Below are positions 34,631-42,720 of a stretch of 43,667 nt of DNA, in pieces (the first letter of the stretch is position 1; each line of letters begins with the position of its first letter). A program made the translations under genes and the position numbers. This DNA comes from Candidatus Kaiserbacteria bacterium. Its GTDB lineage: Bacteria; Patescibacteriota; Minisyncoccia; Phycocordibacterales; UBA2100. The stretch lies in assembly GCA_019247335.1 (NCBI GenBank), contig JAFAPB010000075.1, positions 1 through 43,667 on the forward strand, in the 5' to 3' direction. The notes beneath the pieces are model-generated. The model saw nothing but the letters and a program-made list of their open reading frames with translations, was not told the DNA's origin and made no database searches.

Positions 34631-35635
34631 TTAAAGCAATTGCGTCTGACCTTTCGGCGGCTCGGCGCCGATGTGCTCGTAGCCCTTTTTGGTGACGATT
34701 CGGCCCCGCGGCGTGCGTTCGAGGAGGCCCACCTGCATAAGGTACGGCTCGTGGACTTCTTCGATAGTCGCTTCTTCTTCGGAGAGCGATGCGGCGATCG
34801 TCTTTAAACCGACGGGGCCGCCATTAAATTTCTCGACGAGGATCGTGAGAATGTCGCGGTCGATCTGATTGAGCCCGATCTCATCGATCTCGAGAAGCGC
34901 GAGCGCTTTTTTCACGGTCTTGATGTCGAGCTTCTCGCTGTTGACCTCCGCAAAGTCGCGCGCGCGTTTCAATAGATAATTCGCGGTGCGCGGCGTCGCG
35001 CGCGAGCGGCGCGAAATTTCCATGAGCGAGTCCTTGTCAATATCGATGCCGAGAATTTTTGCGGAGCGGCGGAGTATCTCCGCGATCTCTTCAACGCTGT
35101 AGTACTGCAATCGGAACGTGCCGCCCGAAAATCGCGAGCGAAGCGGCGCAGAGAGGAGCGAGATACGCGTCGTCGCGGCGATGAGCGTGAAGGGCGGGAG
35201 TTCGAGCTGCACGGTGCGCGCGCTCGGCCCTTTGCCGATCACGATATCAAGTACGCCTGCTTCCATCGCGGGGTAGAGGACCTCTTCGATCGTGCGATTC
35301 AAGCGATGGATCTCGTCGATAAAGAGCACGTCACCCGGCGTGAGGTTGGTGAGGATGGAGGCGAGGTCGCCCACGCGCTCGACGGCTGGCCCTGAGGTGG
35401 TGCGGAGATTGGCGCCAAGCTCTTTGGCGATGAGGTGCGAGAGCGTCGTTTTGCCCAATCCTGGAGGGCCGTAGAGCAGCACGTGCTCGGGCTGGTGATT
35501 CCTGCCTTTGGCTGCGGTGAGGAGAATACGAAGGTTCTCTTTAATAGAAGGTTGGCCGATGTAGTCGGCCCACTCGGTCGGGCGAAGGGCTTGATCGAGG
35601 CTGCGGGGGCTTTTTTCTATCGAGGGTTCGGTCAT
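34631..35635 (-). CDS. ruvB: Holliday junction branch-migration ATPase RuvB
   Basis: 334 aa from the internal ATG (MTEPSIEKSPRSLDQALRPTEWADYIGQ). Walker A GPPGLGKTTL, Walker B IDEIHRL. Confidence 0.95.
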   Translation of the reverse strand: MTEPSIEKSPRSLDQALRPTEWADYIGQPSIKENLRILLTAAKGRNHQPEHVLLYGPPGLGKTTLSHLIAKELGANLRTTSGPAVERVGDLASILTNLTPGDVLFIDEIHRLNRTIEEVLYPAMEAGVLDIVIGKGPSARTVQLELPPFTLIAATTRISLLSAPLRSRFSGGTFRLQYYSVEEIAEILRRSAKILGIDIDKDSLMEISRRSRATPRTANYLLKRARDFAEVNSEKLDIKTVKKALALLEIDEIGLNQIDRDILTILVEKFNGGPVGLKTIAASLSEEEATIEEVHEPYLMQVGLLERTPRGRIVTKKGYEHIGAEPPKGQTQLL

Positions 35636-35678
35636 AAAAACGGGCTTTTTGGCACGCCGGGGCGGGGCAAAAAGGCGC

Positions 35679-35706
35679 TTGACAATTAGGTATAATATGC
35701 TATACT
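35679..35706 (+). promoter_or_regulatory. Near-consensus sigma70-type promoter facing away from ruvB
   Basis: TTGACA (35679-84), 16 nt, TATACT (35701-06). The -10 context TATACTCT..CCTA is also present upstream of RNA member 2. Confidence 0.55.
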
Positions 35707-35711
35707 CTCTA

Positions 35712-35938
35712 CCTAGAAAGCGGGTAATGCCGCTTTTTCTATTTGAGAGACGCACAGCTTCGGGCGATCGCGACTTTTCCGAGGACGGCGGCGGGATGCC
35801 GCCTCGTGCAGCATTGCTGCCCCTATCCTTAGGATCTAGTAGCAACTTTTCCAACAAAGGATCGCCCGAAAGTGTGCGCCTCCAGCTAATTCGAAACATA
35901 ACACCCGATTGCAGGCACGCAATCGGGTTTTGTGGTTT
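35712..35938 (+). ncRNA. Structured-RNA candidate, family member 3 (unknown family)
   Basis: 11-bp closing helix TTCGGGCGATC (35759-69) / GATCGCCCGAA (35860-70). Box variant CTTTTCCGAGGACGGCGGCGGGAT. Hairpin GCAGC-ATT-GCTGC (35808-20). AGGATC at 35831-36. CATAA. Terminator CCCGATTGC/GCAATCGGG (35904-27) followed by TTTTGTGGTTT. Confidence 0.5.
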
Positions 35939-35949
35939 AAAAATTCGTC

Positions 35950-35987
35950 AATAAAAGAAAAGCGGGCGCCGGCAGAGCCGTCGCCCG
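35950..35987 (-). terminator. Intrinsic terminator of the 35994-36272 gene
   Basis: CGGGCG (35963-68) / CGCCCG (35982-87) with an inner CGG/CCG extension, followed on the minus strand by TTTTCTTTTATT. Confidence 0.6.
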
Positions 35988-35993
35988 TCTTTG

Positions 35994-36272
35994 TCACCGA
36001 GGCCTCCGCTCTCGGTGATCTTGCAGGAATGCCGCCACGATGTATGCGGCGACGCCGAGAAGAACGCCGAAGCCGAGCGCCATGCCGATCTCGGCGATGA
36101 GTTTCCGCGCGACTATCGGCGTGATGTCGGTGACATCACAGCAGACGAGCAAGGTCGACCCGCTCGTGAGCAACATCTCGACCTTCGCCACCGATCGCCA
36201 GAGCGAGAAGTTCTTGGCGACTGTGCTCGTGAGCATCGCGGTGACGAGCGCAAGCGCTATGAGCGTGTCCAT
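35994..36272 (-). CDS. Small membrane protein, unknown function
   Basis: 92 aa with 2-3 hydrophobic helices. A strong SD, GAGGAGG (36280-86), lies 7 nt upstream of the ATG. Confidence 0.6.
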   Translation of the reverse strand: MDTLIALALVTAMLTSTVAKNFSLWRSVAKVEMLLTSGSTLLVCCDVTDITPIVARKLIAEIGMALGFGVLLGVAAYIVAAFLQDHRERRPR

Positions 36273-36328
36273 GGCACTTCCTCCTCACGAGGCCGCGTAT
36301 GTTCCCACCAGCGATCGCGTAGTGCCCC

Positions 36329-36661
36329 CTAGAGGAAGATCGAATCGCTCGGTGCGCGCGCGAATCCGGAGGCCACGGCTTCCTCGAACGTGATGCCGAG
36401 CCGCCGCATCGCTTCGTGGAACGATATGCCGCGGCCTTCCTTGATCGCCGTCTCGACGGCATCGCGACTTTCGGTGTCGAGCGCGTATGCTGTTTCGAGC
36501 GTGGCGATAACGCACCATTTCGGGTTAGACACGCGGTATGGCATGCGATACAAGATCGGCTTCCAAAGCGGTCGCTTGATCGCCAAGTGCGCGTTGATGC
36601 CGTGAACGATCCGCTGTTCGGCCAGATCGTAGTCAGCCTTGGGAATCCATCTCTCGGTCAT
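36329..36661 (-). CDS. Hypothetical protein
   Basis: 110 aa with SD-like GGGGAGAA upstream and protein-like composition. Confidence 0.55.
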   Translation of the reverse strand: MTERWIPKADYDLAEQRIVHGINAHLAIKRPLWKPILYRMPYRVSNPKWCVIATLETAYALDTESRDAVETAIKEGRGISFHEAMRRLGITFEEAVASGFARAPSDSIFL

Positions 36662-36718
36662 TGAGTTCTCCCCACAGTGCTGCAGAGAGCCTCGCTGAAA
36701 GCGGGAAGATAGTCAAGC

Positions 36719-36751
36719 ATAAAAATTTCGGGCGCCGATCGCTCGGCGCCC
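36719..36751 (-). terminator. Intrinsic terminator of the 36787-37122 gene
   Basis: GGGCGCCGA-TCGC-TCGGCGCCC (36730-51), a 9-bp stem, followed on the minus strand by GAAATTTTTAT. Confidence 0.55.
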
Positions 36752-36786
36752 GCCTTCCTCTCCCTCGTTGTTCATTGGCGTGGAAA

Positions 36787-37122
36787 TCAGCGGTGCAGCG
36801 CCTGATAGCGGGCGACCACTTCGCGGGCGACTCGGGTGAGCGTTTTCCCGCTGACGTGGTCGTCCCAGTAGAAGCCGAACAGAACCCGCTGCTCGGGCTC
36901 AAGTTCGGCCGCCGCAGTCGACCAGTCCCTGCCGGAGACAAGGGCCAGCTTGCAGCACGTGTCGCTCTCGATGTTGAGAATCGTCACATCGACGTTCATC
37001 ACCGCTTCGTGACCGTAACGCATCACGCAGTAGAGCAGGCCCATCAAAAGCCGCATCCGGGCCGTCTCTTCTTCAGCCATTTGCCGATCCAATTCGGCTT
37101 CGCGCCGTTCGACGGTTGACAT
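36787..37122 (-). CDS. Hypothetical protein
   Basis: 111 aa with a strong SD, GAGGAGGG (37129-36), 6 nt upstream of the ATG. The opposite-strand ORF 36661-37119 is Arg-rich and looks like an antisense shadow. Confidence 0.6.
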   Translation of the reverse strand: MSTVERREAELDRQMAEEETARMRLLMGLLYCVMRYGHEAVMNVDVTILNIESDTCCKLALVSGRDWSTAAAELEPEQRVLFGFYWDDHVSGKTLTRVAREVVARYQALHR

Positions 37123-37207
37123 TCACGTCCCTCCTCAGGTTTCGTCGGCGCCGAAAGGGTATTCCCATTCCGACTGTAGAGAGTAGTAGCGCTGTCGCGA
37201 CAAACGG

Positions 37208-37924
37208 TCAAGCTTTCGGTCGTTTCAGCACGAGTGACCTCCACCTTAAGGAAAATCGCGCGGTCGCGCGCCTTGCGCGGAGGCCGAGTGCGAATTTGTA
37301 CGCCGGTCCGCAATAAAATCCCCAGGCGAGCGCGAAAAGGTATTCCTGCACGGGAATGTTGAATAGGTAAGAATCGCTTCGTATAAAATCGTGCATCACG
37401 CTCGGGTAGAGCGGTAAGAGCCAACCGCGATACGCAACAAAGACGATCGCGAGGGTGAGCAATGCAGAACTCACGGCATTCGCCCAGAGTTCCGGTCGCA
37501 CAATGAGATGCAGCGTTCCAAGCACAAGCAGCAGCACTGCGCCGTACATAATACTGTTAGCATGGAATGCGAGCGTGCCGATGAAAAAGGCCGCGAACCC
37601 GGCAGCGAGCAGCGCGGCCCATATAAATAGATGACGCGCAGTCCGTTCAGTGCCGCGATTACGCAAGAACGCATCGTGGATCACGCTGGCAAGTCCGCCG
37701 AGGAAGAAGCAGTACATAACGTCTTCGAATCCAAATCCGCGAAAGATCGGGAGGGCGTATTCAGGCGCGAAATAGTCGCGTGCAATGATCGGCTCAAGTA
37801 TCGAAAAAAGCGTCAAGATCAGCGATGTGACAAGAAGTTCCCGACGCACGTCGGCGCGAAAAACGAAAATCAGCATCCAGAGGACGGCAAAGAAGAGATC
37901 CAACGTGAGGTAGGCGTATTCCAT
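37208..37924 (-). CDS. Polytopic membrane protein resembling lycopene-cyclase-domain (CrtYc/Yd-type) proteins
   Basis: 238 aa from MEYAYLTLDLFF. About 7 TM helices in two halves, each with an acidic motif (GFEDVMY; PVQEYLF). Its ATG overlaps the pilB stop (ATGA). The family call is from memory. Confidence 0.5.
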   Translation of the reverse strand: MEYAYLTLDLFFAVLWMLIFVFRADVRRELLVTSLILTLFSILEPIIARDYFAPEYALPIFRGFGFEDVMYCFFLGGLASVIHDAFLRNRGTERTARHLFIWAALLAAGFAAFFIGTLAFHANSIMYGAVLLLVLGTLHLIVRPELWANAVSSALLTLAIVFVAYRGWLLPLYPSVMHDFIRSDSYLFNIPVQEYLFALAWGFYCGPAYKFALGLRARRATARFSLRWRSLVLKRPKA

Positions 37925-39621
37925 CAGCGTGCGATGGTCGAGAGCATGACCTCGTCGGTGAGGTCGACGACGCGCGAGAGCTCGTCGAGCGAGGTGACGC
38001 CTTGCAATACTTTGACGGCGCCGTCCTGCGCCATGCGGCGGATGTTCTGATGCTTCGCGGCGGCCCAGATGTCGCGCTCGGAAGAGGTGTGGCGCACGCA
38101 CTCTTCGATCTCGCGGTCCATGAGAATGACCTCGACGACCGCGATGCGGCCTTTGTAGCCGATGCCGCCGCACTTCTCGCAGCCTTTGGGCAGCCACATC
38201 GTGTCGCGATTCTGCGGCAGCTCGTCCTCGTGCGGGATCTTGTTGAGCAATATCTCCATCGTCTTTTTATTTTCGCCTTCGATGACCGCGCTCTGCCTGC
38301 AATTGGGACAGAGGCGGCGGACGAGGCGCTGCGCCATCGCGACCGTGACGGCTGCGCCGAGAATGTCGGCATTCACGCCCATGTCGATGAGGCGAGGGAA
38401 GGTGCCGGCCGCGTCGTTGGTGTGGAGCGTGGAGAAAACGAGGTGACCGGTGAGCGATGCGTGCACCGCCGTCGACGCCACTTCCGCGTCGCGGATCTCG
38501 CCGACCATGATCACGTCCGGGTCTTGGCGGAGGGTGGAGCGCAGTCCCTGCGCGAATGTGTAATCTTTTGATACTTGCGTCTGCACGATGCCCGAGAGGT
38601 GATATTCGATCGGGTCTTCGATCGTAACGATCTTGATGCCCGGCTCGTTGACCTGGCTCAAGAATGCGTAGAGCGTCGTCGTTTTACCGGAGCCAGTCGG
38701 TCCGGTGTTGAGAATCATGCCGTTGGGCTTTGCGATCTCGTGATGGAAAATATCCATGAGATATTTGTCGAAGCCGAGCGCTTCCATCGGAAGACCGATC
38801 GTCGATGGATCGAGAATACGCATCACGATCGTCTCGGCATACGCGCCAGGGAGCACGCTCGCGCGTATTTCGATCTCTTTGCCGCCGATCACGATCGAGA
38901 AGCGTCCGTCTTGTGCGGCATTTTTCACGTTGAGCTTGAGGCCGGAGAGCAGTTTCAAGCGCGAAGAGATGAGCGCGTACGTGGGGCCGTCGAACATCAA
39001 GACTTCAACGAGCACGCCGTCTAAGCGGTAGCGCATGCGCACGCCCGCTTCCTCCGGCTCCATGTGTACGTCGGATGCGCCAAGCGAGAGCGCGCCGGCC
39101 ATCACGACTTCAAGCACACGCGAGATGCGGTGCGTGTCTTTGGACCCGGCATGAGAGGCGATCTCGGTCTTCACGTCGTTGAGCGTCTTCAGTTTCGAGA
39201 TCATTTCCTGGATGGTCTCGTTGGAGAGCGTGAGGATGCCCGCTTCGGTCTCGGTCGCATATGAAATATCGTGGTAACGATCCCACGCATGCTCGAGCGA
39301 AGCGAGGGAGACCATGAATTTGCGTACCGTGTAGCCGAGCTTTTCGATATTCGTGATTATCTGAAGCGATTCGGGGCGCTCGGGCGCGCGCATCGCGATC
39401 CAGATCTGCTTATTGATTTTATGGAATGCCGCGACTTCGGCGCGGCGGGCGTCTTCCTCGACGATGAGGCGCAGCGCATCGGTATCGATCGCCTTGGAGG
39501 TGAGGTCGGTGTAGTCGACACCGTACTTTTGGGAGAGGATCTGGGCCAATTGCTCCTCCTCGCGGGCGCGCAGCTCATGCAGGCGCTCGTCCTGCTTTTT
39601 CTCGTTGAACTGCGTCGCCAT
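37924..39621 (-). CDS. pilB: Type II/IV secretion-family ATPase (PilB/GspE type)
   Basis: 565 aa with Walker A GPTGSGKTTT, VGEIRD, and the tetracysteine CPNC...CEKC motif. Confidence 0.9.
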   Translation of the reverse strand: MATQFNEKKQDERLHELRAREEEQLAQILSQKYGVDYTDLTSKAIDTDALRLIVEEDARRAEVAAFHKINKQIWIAMRAPERPESLQIITNIEKLGYTVRKFMVSLASLEHAWDRYHDISYATETEAGILTLSNETIQEMISKLKTLNDVKTEIASHAGSKDTHRISRVLEVVMAGALSLGASDVHMEPEEAGVRMRYRLDGVLVEVLMFDGPTYALISSRLKLLSGLKLNVKNAAQDGRFSIVIGGKEIEIRASVLPGAYAETIVMRILDPSTIGLPMEALGFDKYLMDIFHHEIAKPNGMILNTGPTGSGKTTTLYAFLSQVNEPGIKIVTIEDPIEYHLSGIVQTQVSKDYTFAQGLRSTLRQDPDVIMVGEIRDAEVASTAVHASLTGHLVFSTLHTNDAAGTFPRLIDMGVNADILGAAVTVAMAQRLVRRLCPNCRQSAVIEGENKKTMEILLNKIPHEDELPQNRDTMWLPKGCEKCGGIGYKGRIAVVEVILMDREIEECVRHTSSERDIWAAAKHQNIRRMAQDGAVKVLQGVTSLDELSRVVDLTDEVMLSTIAR

Positions 39622-39789
39622 CTATCCAGTGTACCGCACCTTTCCGCTCCGGAGCGGTGCTACACTTTCATAATGGTACGAGAAAGCTGGCGACCTGGCG
39701 CAGATCGTGAACGCATACAGCGCAATGCTCCGAATGAAGGAGCGGGTAGTGGTGGTAGCGCGACGGACGCAGGGATAGATCAGAACCGC

Positions 39790-42699
39790 ATGGAAAAGGC
39801 ATTCGCGGCGTTTGAACGATTTCAAACCACGAGTCCAACTGGCGAGAAGTGGGCAATAAAGCCGGGCGCGATGTTATGCGCGGCAGCAGCCGAAGGCTAT
39901 CTCCATACAGCGGCGGAGAAGCAGAACTTTTATTCTAGGCTTTTGGCAGACCGTAAAATTGAAAGAGCTGATATTCCGCGTGAGATCGTCGCGGTGATCG
40001 CGCCTGCCGAAGCGCCACCCGGTGCCGCAAAAGCTGAGGCGCGCGCTGCCGATCGACCAGCTCCGGCGCCTGCGGAACCGGAAGTTCCGCCTGCAGCGCC
40101 TGCGGCGACTCCTAAAGCAGAACCGGCCGCCGCAGCTCCTAAAGCGGAAGCAGCTCCAGCCAAAGCAGGGAAGGAGCCTGTTAAAAGTTTGGCGGATCTC
40201 AAGCGTGCGCTCGCCGGCGAGCCTGAAGCAAAGCCGGAAGAGAAACTTACGAAAAAACAGCGCGAGCCGCACGAGCGTAGGGCTGCAGAACTTGCTCGCG
40301 CCATACCTATAGAAGGAAAACCGGACGATGCCGAAGGTCTCGCTGAAGCGCTCATTGATTATGCGACGCGGCGCGTCCGATCGAATGCCGCAGAAGCGCT
40401 CGTAAAAGCCGCAGAAAAAGTCGCGGTAACCGACTTGGTGCAATTCCAAAAGCTGACTGGTCTTATAGAAGGCGAAATGGCGGCAAAAGGGGTGCATCTC
40501 GTCGGCGGATTCCATCGTCCTGATCAGCCCGACGCAAAACCTGCAGAAACCATGACTGAGGCTGAACTGCTCGCGGGGCTGGAGGGATTAGCGGCAGCGC
40601 AAGACGAAGCGAGGCGCGCGGAACAGCTGCAGCCGCTGAGTCGCGCGTCCATCATCAAAGTAAAGAGCGCGATCGCGGGGTTCGACGGCATGGTGGGTAG
40701 CATGCTTGCCTCGGCTGCGGCTGCCAACATGGCCGAAGGGGCCGAACCGAACGAACGCGCTGCATTTTATCGAGAACTTGTGAACACTGGGCGCCTCGAA
40801 CGCAATGACGTACCAAAAGATGTTGTTTTAGATATTGATGCCGGAAAGCCTGTCGCGAGCGCCCCGGCCAACGCCCCGGCGAATGTTGACCAGAGTGATG
40901 GCAATGAGGATATTCGAGAAGGACTTGCTGCACTTGCCGCGCTTGATTTATCGGGACTCGGCACGCCTTCGGCGGGTCCGGATGCGGATGACGCAGCTAA
41001 GAAAGCAGCGCCGAAAGCAGCGCCGAAAGCGGCATCAAAGGCGGCCAAAAAGAAAACTGCCGGGGCACCAAAAGCCGCACCCAAAGGTCCCGACGCTAAG
41101 AGCGCAGAAGTATTCGCTAATGATTATTTGGCGACTTTGCCCGATAACTTCCAGCGCGCGATCGCCAAGGCACAGGAAATGATCGGCGACGGCCACACGC
41201 GAAAAGAGGATAGGCTGGGTATGGCTTCGCGCGGACTCATCGGCAATGCGGAGTGGCCAGCATTCAGGACCGCCGCGGAAGAATATGAACGAATTCTTGC
41301 TGAAAAGGGCAATAGTGCGGCGCCCAAAAACGCCCCAAAAAACGCGCCGGCGCCAAAAACCGAATCTGCGGAAGAAAAAGCTGCTCGAGCCGAGCGCATA
41401 AAAGTTTCTCTAGAAATTTTCAATACAAGAGTCGTCGAGAATGGTGCGGATCCGACAATCATGTTCCAACTGATCGGACAAGCTTTGCCAAAACGGGACT
41501 GGGACGAGTACATCCAGGCACTTGAAAATGAAGGTATTCATGTAAACGGCAACAAGATCGAAGATGCGCCACCATTGGTCTCGCTCGGTTCAACCGAAGA
41601 AGACGTCAAAAAAATACTCGGCGAGCCCGACGGACATGTCGCTCCGAATTTGAAGAGCAAGGCTCCGACGCCGTTCTGGCGGTTGCGGGGATGCGCGCTT
41701 GTTTTAGATAAAGACGGCCCGGAAGATCCGACAGTTGTCATGCGCGTCAATGAGGGTGCTCGCCACCGTTTCTTGAATGGCTGGCATGTCTATGAAAATG
41801 GAAATTTCCGTAAGCTCGAGAACGGGCAAATCGACGAGATATATACGAAGCGTGGGGAAGCAGAGGAACGACAGCGGGCCGAGGGCCAGCCTATGAATAA
41901 TGATGAATACGACAAGAAACGCCGACGCGAACGTCGCGCGGCGTCGAAGCGCACTACCGTACGACCGGAAGATATTCCGGAGCGCGTGAAGGGGTCAGGG
42001 CGTCGAGAGAGGAATGAGCGAGACGAGCGCGGGGAAGGTGGGGAACGGCGCGAAGGTACAGAGGGACGGGAGGCCCGCCGCAATGCGGAGCAAGCGTACG
42101 ATCATTTCCTGCGAAATTGGGACCACACCAAAGAAGGCACCGCATACGCGTTCGCAAAGGCTATCGAAGGCGCGAACGACAAAGATATTCATCGCGTCAT
42201 CGATCGTATTCATAGCTTGGGAAAAAATTATCCGCACCGCGAAGTTTTGCAGCGGATCTATGATCGCATACGCGACGGCGAGCGATTTGATGAACCGCGA
42301 AGTGAGCGTCGACGAGAAAGCCGCGGCGAACGAGGCCGCGATCGGGAGCGTGGTCGCGATCGACAGCGCGACAACGAAAACAATGACCGTCCATTCGAAA
42401 AAATAATCGACGATATTCTCGATGATGTGGAAGAAGGGAACTCGCTTCGAAAGGCGTATTTTGATAACACGCGCGGTATGCGCGGCCGACGCCTCCGTCG
42501 CTTCACGGAAGAATTGAAAAAAGAGCGGGACATTGATAAAGAGGAGCTCGAGGATGTTCTTTATGATGACAATAGGCTCAAGCGGCACGACGATGATGAA
42601 GATGGGGGCGGTGGCCGCGGTGGAGGCGGTCGCGAGGGAGGCGAGCGCCGCGAAGGCAGAGGGCGACAGTCGCTTGAGGACGCGCTCAAGGATATCTAG
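39790..42699 (+). CDS. ~970-aa highly charged, low-complexity protein (Ala/Pro/Lys/Glu-rich; Arg/Glu/Gly-rich tail)
   Basis: In-frame continuation of track ORF 39271-42699, whose first 350 nt are antisense to pilB. Candidate starts are 39790 (MEKAFAAFERF) or 39673. Contains an internal ~50-aa repeat, a KAAPKAAPKAASKAAKKK tract, and RGERGRDRERGRDRQRD and GGGGRGGGGREGGERREGRGR tracts. Confidence 0.7.
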   Translation: MEKAFAAFERFQTTSPTGEKWAIKPGAMLCAAAAEGYLHTAAEKQNFYSRLLADRKIERADIPREIVAVIAPAEAPPGAAKAEARAADRPAPAPAEPEVPPAAPAATPKAEPAAAAPKAEAAPAKAGKEPVKSLADLKRALAGEPEAKPEEKLTKKQREPHERRAAELARAIPIEGKPDDAEGLAEALIDYATRRVRSNAAEALVKAAEKVAVTDLVQFQKLTGLIEGEMAAKGVHLVGGFHRPDQPDAKPAETMTEAELLAGLEGLAAAQDEARRAEQLQPLSRASIIKVKSAIAGFDGMVGSMLASAAAANMAEGAEPNERAAFYRELVNTGRLERNDVPKDVVLDIDAGKPVASAPANAPANVDQSDGNEDIREGLAALAALDLSGLGTPSAGPDADDAAKKAAPKAAPKAASKAAKKKTAGAPKAAPKGPDAKSAEVFANDYLATLPDNFQRAIAKAQEMIGDGHTRKEDRLGMASRGLIGNAEWPAFRTAAEEYERILAEKGNSAAPKNAPKNAPAPKTESAEEKAARAERIKVSLEIFNTRVVENGADPTIMFQLIGQALPKRDWDEYIQALENEGIHVNGNKIEDAPPLVSLGSTEEDVKKILGEPDGHVAPNLKSKAPTPFWRLRGCALVLDKDGPEDPTVVMRVNEGARHRFLNGWHVYENGNFRKLENGQIDEIYTKRGEAEERQRAEGQPMNNDEYDKKRRRERRAASKRTTVRPEDIPERVKGSGRRERNERDERGEGGERREGTEGREARRNAEQAYDHFLRNWDHTKEGTAYAFAKAIEGANDKDIHRVIDRIHSLGKNYPHREVLQRIYDRIRDGERFDEPRSERRRESRGERGRDRERGRDRQRDNENNDRPFEKIIDDILDDVEEGNSLRKAYFDNTRGMRGRRLRRFTEELKKERDIDKEELEDVLYDDNRLKRHDDDEDGGGGRGGGGREGGERREGRGRQSLEDALKDI

Positions 42700-42720
42700 C
42701 ATTTTTGCTATGCTGCCGCC

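Noticed and set aside
35991-36393. Plus-strand ORFs 35991-36332 and 36040-36393
   Set aside because: They lie opposite a minus-strand membrane-protein ORF that has a strong SD and a terminator. The plus frames are Arg/Asp-rich shadows.
39271-39789. N-terminal 134-173 codons of the 1142-aa track ORF
   Set aside because: The first ~350 nt are antisense to pilB. A plausible promoter element lies at 39668-73, so translation most likely starts at 39790 (or 39673).
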